A DNA stretch of 63,393 bases, filler included, from Choristocarpus tenellus KU-1152 (Eukaryota > Protista > Phaeophyceae): NCBI GenBank assembly GCA_964200185.2. It is 14 parts of 14 records of this genome, joined end to end, with 100 filler letters (N's around TTAATTAATTAA, not from the genome) between each part and the next. Parts side by side here need not be neighbours in the genome. Positions count along the whole stretch, not along the records: positions 50,127 to 53,440 come from CAXNAD020020869.1; positions 53,541 to 57,993 come from CAXNAD020014479.1; positions 58,094 to 63,393 come from CAXNAD020011233.1; 11 more parts are not named here. One strand, 5' to 3'. The first letter of the stretch is position 1. Every line of letters begins with the position of its first letter. This document shows positions 51,176 through 63,393 of this stretch, piece by piece. Made by a program: the position numbers and the translations under genes. The notes below the pieces were generated by a model. It ran no database searches and had not been told where the DNA came from. It worked only from the letters and a program-made list of their open reading frames with translations.

Positions 51176-53849
51176 ATGCATTTATGTTCTTGCAGGATAA
51201 CGCATTTACAAGTAGATTAAATATAGCAAGACGACGCGGGAGATACCAGGCAGTTACTTGATGATCTGATTCAGGGAATCTGGACTGAGTCGATACTTCT
51301 TTAGTCATCCCCCTCAGATGCACTACAGCAACCCGGGTCAGTTTGCAAGCTTACTTTTGATCGATTTAAATTTCAGATGTGTATCCTCAAAGTAGCATCT
51401 TAACAAAAGTAGCATCTTAATTAATACTGGGAAATAGTTAAATGCATTCTGGAATTTTTTATTAATGTGTGTGTAAACTCAAGACAGGAATGCTTTGGAT
51501 TCCTTGTCTGCATCCAACTCATCATTTCTCCTGTGTGTGTTGTGTTCTTAAGACAAGATGCAGACTTGCGTAGAAGTGAGGAGCAATTCTATCAGACAGT
51601 GGCATCATTAATTATACTCATTATCCCTAGAGCTCAAGATGTATGAAGTACTCCAGATGTGTAGTGATGTAGTACTCCAAGTAGCTAGTAGTTCGTAGTA
51701 CACAACATAATATTGATGTGAAAGTTGATATGATATGCGTGCAACAAGCTCACAACCTTAGGTAAAGCAAATAATCGTGCAATCAGCTCTACATTGTACA
51801 GAAAAACGTGGATCATCTTGTGAACTCTGTCATGATCATGTTATTGGAACTATAGTCTGGTACATCATATTATATTATGAAGTAAAACATGCCAGCAGCA
51901 ACAGGGACAGAGGGTGAAAAAAGTAGTTCCAATCATCCCTATTTCTTATCATCCACAAGAAAATCAAACAATAACACTCGTAACACTTCAACACCTAGTG
52001 TCCACCATTGATGCAGTAAAGTGAATAATGCTTAGCACACTACTCTTTCCTAATAGCCCGCTGGCATATTGATCATGTGGATCGTGAATCAACATCAGGC
52101 AGAGCTCCAGCTGATCTAAGGGGTCCTCCTCGCCCACAGTAGAAGTATACTGTTGTGCAGCCTGTCCATCACAACAGTTGCCCAGTTACCCGCATCTTTG
52201 TAGATGGAATGAAATGCATCACTCAAAAATTTGAAGTATTCTGCCTCAAGACTACGGGAAAACATTGATGCATTTATGTGATCTAGGTCCCCATACCCAC
52301 CAAGGCATTGATGGCCTACAATACGCAGTGTACCACCAAACCCTCCATGTTGAAGACAAGGCAATTTTGGGCAATATTGAAGGTGGCACTCTTTGCCTGT
52401 GACTTGAAACCACTCTTCCACAACACCTTGACCAGGCTCCCTCTCGATGAAATATGGAACAAACACACAAGCGCGGAAATATCATGTGGGCTACTGTACC
52501 CCCCATCTGTAAGTATTCCAGTGTGCACAGTGGAGTCACAACCAGGAACACGCATTGAAAAAGACTCATAAAATGTTCCAACAACATCCAAGTCTGAGGA
52601 GAGGAACCAAGAGGAATATGCACAAAGACTGTATCCCATCCATTTGATAGGCAGTTCCCAAACCATGTGTACAACAGAGATGCATTAATAAAGAAAACCC
52701 ACTCATTGACCAGTTCATCATGGAACAGGGCCTTTTGAACTGACTTTAAAAAAAGGCATCAGGAGAACTTTCGTTAATTAACTGATGGCACAGCTAGACA
52801 CATCTTAATAATCTGTATAAAATTTATCAACTCATAGTCACATTTGATTGCTAAATAAAACCTAAAAGCCATGGACAGCAGCAGATCGATCCATTCCATG
52901 GACAATTAAAGGGTATCACTCAACTATAACACATGGTCTGCAAATCTCAAGTACCACACAGCATCAAATATAATCTTCCCATCCCCTTCCTCTGACCCCT
53001 GCACTCATTTCATTTGGACAAAATCCAGTGGAACAAAGTCACCAAAGGTGACTAAGAACACCTCCAGGATATGTCTCATCTGAAATTCTTGATCCCCTAT
53101 CTCTCATCATCACACTCACATTAATTTTTGTTCTTACTTCACTGACTAGCTAGGTCAAGGAACCTTGATTCCAACTCACCATAACAAAGACAACACCCAA
53201 CCTAGAGGCAACTTTTCTATTCCATCCTACTTCATCGCTAGAATCACATGGTGCAGATGCATGCACTAAAAAAGAGCAGTCACATGAACCCCAAAAATTG
53301 TCCCAATAAAAAAAAAAAGGATACAACACAGAGGGCCAGCAAAAAGAGCATAACCTCCCTACCAGACACCCATCCACCACCTGAAAACCGCACAAAACCA
53401 CCAAAACAAAAAAAAAGAAAAGAAACAAAAAACAAAAAAANNNNNNNNNNNNNNNNNNNNNNNNNNNNNNNNNNNNNNNNNNNNTTAATTAATTAANNNN
53501 NNNNNNNNNNNNNNNNNNNNNNNNNNNNNNNNNNNNNNNNGGGTTCACATGGCGGCTGAGCATGTTGGGGCAGGGGGGGGGGGGATTGCTCTTCCATCCT
53601 CTGCTGACACCACGGTGGGCCTAAATATACTTCTGCTACACTTAATATGCAATCTGTTTTATCACATGCCCTGCCATTCAACAATCTCACATAACTGGCT
53701 TGCTTTAAAACTAAAGTGTGGAATGGCTACTGAGACATGCTTGTCCTTTAGGAGTAAGCCTTCCTGATCCAGTGTTTAGATAACATGGAACTTTGCTACG
53801 TTGTTTAGATTGGGTTTTCCTCTAATAGGACCTCACCATTGTGTTCAAC

Positions 53850-54480
53850 GATAGCATAAGAAGCCAGCAAAGAGCTTGCGGGGATAATAACCAGTTGCCA
53901 CAGTGGACCAGAGTGGCACAATGCATGCCCTCAATCGACTTGGAATTCATCCCATGTATGGCGTTTTGAGCTGTTTCAACTATTTGAAGTTCTTTTGTTT
54001 GATCAACTATTTTTATTTTACTCTGTACTACTGTTGTATGGAAATTTCACAGTTACAAATTGGTTAGAAGAGGAATGGACGTTGATTGTCTGGCTTGCCT
54101 TGTTTGAAACAAAATGCATCAAACAGGCATAGGCCAAGGGGAGCTTTCACACTCCAGCACTCCATGTAACTTGAGTTAAGGACAGCAAGATCTAACGTTG
54201 TACTACTGATCTGTGGTTCATTTTGTGTCTCTCTTTTAGATGGGTGAACAATTGTCAAACCACACACCAGGAAGCAAGGATGCCTTGTGGATATCAACAA
54301 ACACAATCCTACCGGCTGGAGTGCAGCAATTCGTGAGAAAGATTTGGCCAACCCCGCCATATAGGTCATGACCAGGGCATCCATGTGTCTATGAGCAAGA
54401 AGTCCAAAGGCAGGGACAACTGTCGGCCATGTGTAGCACCTCCAACTTCATCGCCAATGGGCCCTCCACACAGTCCAAAT
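53850..54480 (+). mobile_element. Highly decayed DIRS/Ngaro-like RNase H relic
   Basis: Broken frames give ELRTA..., DINK, VQQFVRKIW, IHVS, reminiscent of DIRS 'LEL.A...INK....L..IW...HI.G..N..AD.LSR'. Confidence 0.35.
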
Positions 54481-57400
54481 CTATCTCTGTGTGTGAAAGA
54501 AGTGATTACAGACATGCTCGGTTCCCCCCTGTTCCTTGTTTGTGTGGATGTTTCCTATCTAGCTTGGACTAGGTTTGTTTCATAGTTGTCTAGAACTGTA
54601 TGGATGAGGTATAGTACTACCTATTTTATAGGTTTTTGTATTTTTTGTCAGTAACGATGACTATGAGGATGGTTTCACTCCAAAGCTCCCATCATTTGAT
54701 CTCTCCCTTTCCCCAATATGAACGGATTGTCGGGACAAGGGGATTTGTAGTGCCTGCTATAATGGATGGATATGCCCCTTTGCAGTAAAGTGTAGACACA
54801 TGGCGAAATAAAAAAAATGGTGCATCTCTGGAACTGATAATGCTTCCTTCGAGACAAGGAAGCACTTTTTCGTGGATGACGACTGAGCTATATGGAACAA
54901 ATTTGGGCAACTATTCAACAAAGTGTTCCATAATATCTAATTACAGTACATAGTATACATATATACTAGTACTATAGCTTGTACTAGACGGTAAAGCTCT
55001 TGTACTTGAGGACAACTAGGTCCGATGGTCAGTTGTATCGCAAATTGTCCATACTACACAACCTGTTCTATATGGCACGCACTTGCTCGTGGGACCTTGT
55101 GTTTTTCCAGCTCTTCCTTCCATTTTTGTTTTCCCAGCTGTGATACGTGTGTTCATGTGCAGCAACAACAGACAGCCTCTATCCTTCATTGAAATAGCGC
55201 ACACCTCTAAAACTCCTTGCTTGGTACCAAATTTGTTCTTCCATTTAACACCCACATACTTTCGTATTTTAGTACCATTACGACCCAGTCAATGTTGCAT
55301 TCAGGGCAATTGGATGAACGATAATTTAGTGTAACGTGCAGCACCAGAAGCTATACTCAATCTTTTCTCAAGAGGGTTATCCTTGCTTCGTACATGCCTG
55401 CCACATTCTTTATTAGTGCTTGCTACCAAGAAGAGGGTCGGAAGTACCCTACTACAAAACTTTAGATGAGTGTAACTACAAGCGTTAAAAGACAAGAGCC
55501 GTAGGTGACATACTAGGTACCTATTAGGCCTGTTGATATATTGCACAGAATCGGGAAAATATTATACTGAAGTATCATCATGATTAAGGTACTGTAGGAT
55601 GGAGCGAACTGACTGGGTAGCAGAAGCATGTTGAAGTCTTGGTTCCCTGACCCATAATTGCTGCAGTTGACTGAGCTGTCTAGTGTGCTGAAACCATAAC
55701 CTTAATTTATATAGTAAGACTCCTTTCGTCATTATCTCACGATCTGCAACCTACCTAACCTGGTCCACTACTTACTAGGGACCTGCGGAAAGGGTCTAGC
55801 GTACCAACAAATTTGATTTTCTGTTTTCTTGCAGCGAGTGGGTAGGGACTAGTTCTTCTCTCACTGGTGGGTGTGCAAGAACCAGACTTAGCAACATTGT
55901 GGAGTGGGTGATGTACCCGCATATTAATGCAAAGAAGAAATAGTAGGTGCGAATGATGTATAAAACGACCACTAGGAAGGCATAATAATAATCTTTCCCT
56001 TCATTTTTGCTCGCATTACTTCAAGTTGAAGCCCAAGCAATAATGCTACACTTGCAACAATGTTTTATCATCACAGTGGTTCAATGTATTACATGAAGAA
56101 CTCAACTAGAAACATGAACAGCTTTCTTTGTACAGTAGCTGTTACACATAAAGTAAAGGTACTATACATGCAGATTCCACATCTTCACACTCCTCTCAAC
56201 TTGTAGGCTCTACAATGGACTTGGCATCATACCGTGCCAAATTAAGATACTAGTATGCACCTTTAGGCCATCTCACCCACATAGATCGAGGATCACAATG
56301 AGCATAACCCTAGGGACCTTTGGTAGGACCAATACAAGGTCATATCTTGGAACAGTAACAGGCCCCCTTTCCACTAAACCAGTAACAAAGACAAAGTAAA
56401 ATTCTGCCTTCAGATTCTAACTACTCCTTCAGTACTTGTCCATCAATTCACAATAAAACCCTTGAAGAGATACAACCTAACGAGATGTCACATATTGAGA
56501 TCTCTTGACACCCTAACCCTAACAAACAGGTATTACTCCGTAGTCACTACAAAATGAAAAAAAAGGAAAAGCAAGACACCTCCATAGACCCTAACGGTTG
56601 AACTCCCCTCCCAATCTCAAATCCCCCAATCATGCTCTAACACCAATTCGCATGTTAACTGCTTTGTTGAGCGTTTTCCGTTCAAAACCAGTTACAAATA
56701 CACACTCTAAATACGAGGCATTCATATGATACATAGACCTCAAATTGTACATCTGGCAGCCAAGGTCCAACTGGTCGTAGTAGATTGAGAAGTGCACCGT
56801 CCACCCTTTACCTTCCCCCCAAAAAATCTCACTACTTTGAGCCTTTCTCCACCCTAGTCCTTGCATTGCTGCCCTTTCTTCGTCAAAACCCACGGTGTAG
56901 TCACCAGAACAGCAACAGAGTACAGATAATTAATCAAATTGTGTGTGTGTGTGTGTGTATGTGTTATCTGACCCAGATAACATACACACAGACCATCACT
57001 AAGCCATGGGGGGAGGAGAGAGGTAGCTGCAGCAAGGGGGAGGCCTCGCAAGCATGCAGGGATGATGTGCACACATCTTAGTTGCAGTTGGAAAGTAGAA
57101 GTGACCTACATACACAAGAGAACTGTCACTGAGATCAATGTTTATTGCAAAGAAGCATACCCCATACCAGAGAATGGGGGGGAGGCAAGAGGGAGGCCGA
57201 GGGGGGGGAAAGAGGACGAGGAGACTAGGTGAGGATTCCGCTGATGCATATGGACAGGTTATTTACGGGCAAAAACCAAGGAACAAGAAGCAAGGAACAC
57301 TACCGGGCATTTCTTAAACAACCGGTTAGGGTATTCAATACATTTATTTGTGAGTGGATGTAACCTCCTGGTACAAATCAACCTATTAAACCCACATACC

Positions 57401-57628
57401 CTCTCCAAATCACCTGCGACACATCCCTGGACAGAGACATAGATTGCCTCTCCTCTCCCTCTCCGTTATGGCACTCAGTACGTACCTGTGTGATCACATG
57501 GTAGTAAGGTTGGGGAATTATGCTCGACATGTGGAATACACGTTATCGGATATCACAGGGTGTTGGACACGTTATCGGAGGCATCTGTCACCATATTGGT
57601 GACAGTTGGTAACAAAGTAGTCAGTCAC

Positions 57629-57739
57629 CTTTGATAGCTTCCAAAGAGCATCCTTGTACACTGGGTGGTCAGTTCCATAGTGATTGCCAAGGATAGTAGC
57701 TGCCCTCTGAAGGAGCAATCTAGTCTCCTCGATTTTTCC
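57629..57739 (-). CDS. Kinesin-light-chain-type TPR exon (single repeat)
   Basis: CAG|GKIEETRLLLQRAATILGNHYGTDHPVYKDALWKLSK|GT; 111-nt phase-0 exon with the 'GK..EA..L..RA..I.....G.DHP' consensus. Confidence 0.75.
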
Positions 57740-59539
57740 CTGCACAACAGGTAAGATGGTAAGGAAGACAACTTAGGTCCAATGTTGACACAATATGTAG
57801 AAATACAGATGCAGTAAAGGCTTCTTCTGTCAAGATCGTGAGGTTGTGAGTCTTACACCTTCACAGCTGTCAAATAACCAACGCAAAGGTTAGGTAGATA
57901 CTTCATAAACATGTCCAAGATGCTTACATACCGAATACATGAAAAATATTCCAATACGTAACTAGGAGACTGGGGAGGGGGGGGGGAGGTTCCNNNNNNN
58001 NNNNNNNNNNNNNNNNNNNNNNNNNNNNNNNNNNNNNTTAATTAATTAANNNNNNNNNNNNNNNNNNNNNNNNNNNNNNNNNNNNNNNNNNNNCCAAATG
58101 GACAGCCGCCACCCCCTCCCAGATACTTTGAGCCTCATGGCTGAGCAACATTCCAAGGAACCTATACGATAACCAATTGGATGTGTATGTCATGCCAAAG
58201 CAGTGGACAAAGTCATCCAAGCCACCATCAACACTACCACTATCACTGTCTGCTGAATGTTTTTTTCTTTCTGGGCCGACTTCTCATGTATCGCTCATCT
58301 ACTTCTTTCTGCTCGTCTCCTAATGTTTTTTGGGTGACAGTGCCTTTCTCCTGTAGGTTTAATAGGATTCCTTTTTTATTTTTTCTTGCACTGGTTTTGT
58401 TTTTCTTCTGTGGTCCTACCGCCTTTTCTGAAGTAGAGTGTAATAACCCTCTTTGGAGTACCTTTTTGACCACAAATCTGGGATCCCTCTGAATTATGTA
58501 TGATAACAAATAATCCAAAATGATCGAAGTGGATGTGTTCTGCATAATAGTTTCTTGTAGAATCTCGTCTTGTCTTCCTTGCATTAGTGTGTGTCACTCT
58601 TTATACATCAAAGAGTCGCTGATTCTGTCGCATCCACCCTATTCCACTGCGTATTCCTTCCCCTCTCCCAATTCATGGCTCGTTGGTCCCATAGATCGCG
58701 ATCTGCTTGAAATATGTAAGGGTGTATGTGCACTTGTACTGTGCATAGGAAATGAGGAAGAAACTCCCCTGCATTGAATCCGGGGATTCCATCTTGTTCT
58801 GACTGGGCGCACACAATCAAAAACATGCCGCTTTCAGGCTCTAAACCCTCACTGAGCCTACCTCAAGTCCCTCTTTGACTTTCTTCCCGAACTTCACCTC
58901 TAGTATTTATATCGCTCCACCACACAGAAACAGGCCGTGTTCACCCATTGAGCGGTACTCAAGCTGATCTCTGTTTTGGAGGATCACCAGAGATAGGAGC
59001 ATCATGCCAAGATGGCGGACAAGAAGGCCCAACCAGCTCTAAGTTTATCGACCCTAATCAACAAGAAAAAAAAGACTTAGAGATACAAGGTTAATCTTAT
59101 CTAAGGATGAAGGTCTCTCATGTATAAAAATCAGGCGAACAAACGATCCAATGAATCATGTCTTGAATGTTGGACTTCTGGAGTGTCGTTTCTCACTTAC
59201 TGCAATCAATCCACATATTCTACATTTGCGGAAGATCGTCAAGTCCAACGACCCTACATCAGCCAGACATGCAGGCAAGGATGAAGACGACACTTTTACA
59301 TCGGTAATATGACATACCTGCCATACTCAAATTGTCTAATCAAAATTTCGAGTCGATGCCCCAAGCACTCATCTCTGAAAACTCAAAATAAAGTATAGGT
59401 GGAAAAAATATCGTTGTCTTTTGTGTTGCTTTTTTCTAACGCTAAAACCCTAAACTCCCACCCCCCCAAATATGAGCATAGCTCTAGCGAGTTATCTAAT
59501 ATCCTGCGTGGTTAGCATGCAAGGCATGAACCTGGGCCC

Positions 59540-60440
59540 AGAACAGCCGATTTCAAAAATTGAGGATGGAGCTTTTCATTGAGGATGGGCTTGGCCCCAA
59601 ATTGACTGGGATAAAGTGTCGGATTGGCCCCACAATTATCTAATATTTCCCAGTCCATGTCCACTAGGTACCGAAGTGGTGTGTGTCTGCTGACCAGATT
59701 GAGTTTATCATTCTCTAACATCTCCAGACCATGTTCACTACGAGTTGTACTGGTCCAACTGTGCAATTTATTTGGCTACTTCACTGAAAAATGAACATGT
59801 GTGCAAAATTGTCCAAGGATAAATTGTACGTGCATATAGATCATAACCTTTGCGGGGTGTTTCACATAGGAACATCTGTCAGACTGCCCCACAATTGTAT
59901 GGCATATCCAATTACCACGTATTGACCCGGTCCATTTCCGCAGGCCAGGTGGAGTCTAACATTCTTTAGTATGTTTTAACATGTCCGGACCATGTGCACC
60001 AGCTAGATCGGGTCTAGTAGTCTTTGACATATCCGGACTATGTTTACTACGTGATGCGCTACTGGTCCAACTGTGGAATTCATTTGACCGCCATATATGC
60101 GAAAAATGAAAATGTGAGCAAAATGTCTATATAGATTGTAATCTTTCCAGGGTATTTCACTGGGCCAGCAAATTAATATGGTCCTGCCCGCCGGACTGGT
60201 CCTACAATGATCTGACAGATCCCACTCCATGTCCACCGCCTGGACCAGGTGTAACAGTCTCCAACATGTCCAGACCATGTCAAATGGGTATCTTACCGGT
60301 CCATGTCCGCCTGCCAGACCGGGTCTAACGTTTTCCAACATATCCGGACCATGTTCATTGTGTATTGTACTGGACCGTGTCCGCAAACCAAAGTACAACA
60401 TTCTCTGCCATGTCCTGACCACGTCCACTATGTGTTGTAC
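59540..60440 (+). repeat. Dispersed repeat related to 6810-8120 (CATGTCC/TCCGGACC-rich)
   Basis: Shared AAAATTGAGGATGGAGCTTTT..TGAGGATGGGC block and an internal duplicated unit (tactggtccaactgtg.aatt.atttg at ~59748 and ~60060). Confidence 0.6.
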
Positions 60441-60475
60441 TAGTCTGCGTGTGGAATTTATTACAAAATATTAAC

Positions 60476-60517
60476 CCGAAATGGACAGCCGCCACCCCCT
60501 CTCAGATACTTTGAGTC
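60476..60517 (-). mobile_element. MITE family C terminal fragment (also at 58094-58133)
   Basis: aaatggacagccgccacccc..cagatactttgag. Confidence 0.75.
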
Positions 60518-63393
60518 AACGAAAGTGTCTGGAGGCACGTCTATGCCTGGAAATGACTTAACACCATGAAGAAAATAGCTTGACTAGGTGGTTACCTTTG
60601 CTGCGTTGACAACAAAGACTACTCTATGTAACACTGTGTACAGCAACGTTGAAGTAAGCTTACCTCAATCTTACTATTTGCTACTCCCCAGAAATTTCCG
60701 AACTCTAGGTTTAAAAGTTTGAGATCGAAAGCATGTGTATCCATGACAATATTCATTATAATCAAGTCACATTCCCATAATGGCAGGGCAATAATACTAG
60801 CATGTATTTGCTCAGATCATCATCCGTTTGAAGACTTCGCTGGGTAGTACAAATACACAAGATGCCGTCAAAATTTTCAATATCTTTTCGTGTACTCCTT
60901 CTCCAGATCGGCTTGAAAATATTTTCCTTCAAGGTCTCTTTTATCACTATGAGAACTAGCCCCCCTCCAACGTCAGAAAAATTGTGACCGCTATTTTTTC
61001 AGAAGCGAAACTGCCCCACAAACGTTTCGAACTGATACTGAACAGAGGAAGCAGTAAATCGAAGCAGTAATAATCCATTAATATAACATACTCAAGTAGA
61101 CCCAATACAGTCCAGTACTCTTCCCCCACTACCCCTTCCCAACATGGTCCACATTCTCCGATTTCCATGTGCACTAGATGCAAAGTGGGTGTACATCACG
61201 GCAAATGTCCTATGTTAAGAGGAAGACGGACCATGACCAACACTAGTCAATACTCATTACGGTTGGACAGGATTATTATTTCAGACATCAAAAGTGAAGT
61301 TGGTCTAGCCTCTCCTCATGGCCAAAACCCCAGATTTCTGATGCACGCAGTCCCCTTCATGTCAACATCTTTCACCATGCATAGATATAGGCAGTTCTCA
61401 TTCTATGTGTGCTCTTTACCCAATTCTAAGAGGAAATTCAACTAGGCAGTGGAGGAAGTTATGCAACTGGTCGTAGTTTGTTAGTGCCTAAGTAAGGAGT
61501 TGGGTACCAGTATGGCCGTTTATTAATCATATGTGGAGCCTGACATGCTAGGAGACGAAACACACACACACACACACACAGTAGTGGTCCATTTAGAACT
61601 CTAGATGGGCTCAAAAAACACACATTAATCGACATCCCTTCTTGCTTGCCTCACACATGCTGATGCCCTAACGATCTACTGAAAACAAAATACACATAAA
61701 CACAAACACACAAAACAAGTGCAGCTTCTCTGCAGCATTATGCTTAGGTATGCAAAAGAAACCATGTACATACAGAATTGGTGCTGATTCCACCCTTACC
61801 CCACTCTCACCACACCAAAAATTCAGTGACTTTCCTCCCAACCTCCCACACTCCTTTCATTCTTTCTTTTCACTAATGGGTACACTCTTCAAGAACGGTA
61901 ATCCTTTAAAACCATGGGAATCAGTCGCATCCCACAATCACCACACACACATCTGATCAGCAACCCTTCCTTCACACAACAACCAGACAAGCAGCAATCT
62001 ATCTCCTCCAGCATGCACACGCCTTCCTCTCAAGACACAACACAACCAACAGCAGTGCTAAAAACACCCACTATTCCAATCACCCCCGCTCACCAATCTA
62101 CCCCTTGTAACATCACTACCTATGCCACTGGTGCTAGGAAGAGAGCCCAAACTCACAAGCAACAAAATAAGAAACACTCAGCCCCAAGACACCCTAACCC
62201 TAAGACCAGGAACCAACCCCAAACCTGTTCTCCTGACCTTGACCCTCTCCTCAGTTCACTATCCAATTCATCACCTCTTCCTGTACCAAGGGGGTCACCA
62301 AAGGGTGTCCTCCACATCTCTGCTGGTCTCTCAGTTCACTCAAACTCAGGATATTACACAAAACGCAAACGATTACCAGCTTCCTGCTGCCGTCTTGGCC
62401 TGGCCTTCACTACGGTCTCTTGTCCCCCTGTCTCTTCTACTTTCCTTACTCCTATCTTTGTTGCTATTGCTGCTTCCCCTAGTCCCCTCATGCTGCCAAT
62501 TGCTTTGCCTGCCATACTGTGAGAATGTCTGCGCCCCTTGCTGTCTGTGATTGGTGGAAGACTGCTGCCACTGATTAATAAAAAAAAGAAAGGGACAAGG
62601 AGCACGCATCAATACATATAGATCATTCCTAGTAGGTGTCCATGTCTTTCAAAAACGGACAAATAGAAAATAATGTTTTAATACGGTCAAACCCCCTCAA
62701 TTATTGTAAAAAGAAAATGAGTTGGGGCGTGTACGTTTTAGGTGATGACACAATTAACATGCCTACATATTTCTTAGGATTGAAGGTACGGGTGAAGTAC
62801 ACCCCTGTCCTGTATTCAGACAAGTCTGAAGGGCTTGTTCAGCAACGGTTTGTTGACACCATGCTGGGACTCTGGCGACAATCCTTGCCCTCACTAACCT
62901 CCACAAAAATAAAAATATCTTAGAAAGAACTGATCTGATTTGTGGACAATGAATAGGTAGGAGGGTGGTACATACTGTAACGAGCAAAACTCAGGAAACA
63001 AAAAAGACAGTGTAGGACGACCTTGTCAGGGTTAGGGTTAGAAAAGCAATACAACCCTAACCTCCAATTAAAAACTCAAGTATCATCTAAGCATCATCCC
63101 AGCCTAAACAACAAACACAAACCCTCCCTATATTTATGACCTTGCTACCATGGGTTCCTATAGATCGGACATTTAAATGTAACACCTGAGAAAATAACGA
63201 TAGCCTATAAATCGGAAAGCAGTCAAAACTCCCTACCAAACCCCAAACCATCACCCCAACATCCCACTGCCTCACCTGCCCATTGCCCGCCTCAGCATGC
63301 TGTTGAAACCCGTACCCCCCCCCCCCCCCCCCCCCCCCCCTCTCCCCCCCCCCCCCCCCCCCCTTCTACCACCCCCCCCCCCCCCACCCCCGC

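Noticed and set aside
51900-53000. Overlapping ORFs suggesting a decayed transposase or viral gene
   Set aside because: No motif I can assign; needs a profile search.
2701-58093. Recurrent TTAATTAATTAA motif and ORFs ending in X...LIN
   Set aside because: Artificial linker between contigs; ORFs crossing it are meaningless.
61914-62612. Overlapping 202/142/83/79-aa ORFs
   Set aside because: Low-complexity sequence; at most one minus-strand exon (~62377-62545) of unknown function.

Overview
This window is not one continuous locus. It is 14 short contigs joined by 13 artificial N..TTAATTAATTAA..N linkers, so adjacency across linkers carries no meaning. The DNA is eukaryotic nuclear, intron-rich and TE-littered. 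It most likely comes from a photosynthetic stramenopile, probably a brown alga (inference from an ASAFAP-type bipartite presequence, a KLC-type one-repeat-per-exon TPR, RTE/CRE LINE styles and TTAGGG repeats). Recognisable gene pieces: USO1/p115 (5 exons), an SLC38/AAAP amino-acid transporter (3 exons) head-to-head with a Sfi1-like W-repeat gene, a COG3 exon, two PEP carboxylase exons, an intronless plastid-targeted PAP/fibrillin-like gene, one TPR exon, coiled-coil exons and an rpl16 pseudogene that looks like a NUMT. Mobile DNA: three related MITE families sharing a CAAAGTATCT terminal inverted repeat with 3-bp TSDs (PIF/Harbinger-like), two other MITE families (one carrying TTAGGG), a decayed Ty3/Gypsy pol interrupted by a Copia fragment, RTE and CRE-like LINE relics, a tRNA-Ser-derived SINE head and a 44-bp minisatellite. 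I found no CRISPR array, rRNA or prokaryotic operon, and no complete novel system can be proven here. The most unusual signals are: the very high density of short interstitial telomeric arrays (one apparently inserted into a MITE, others carried inside a MITE), the shared-TIR MITE superfamily, an in-frame Copia/Gypsy chimeric ORF, and a signal-peptide + LRGG presequence on the transporter.
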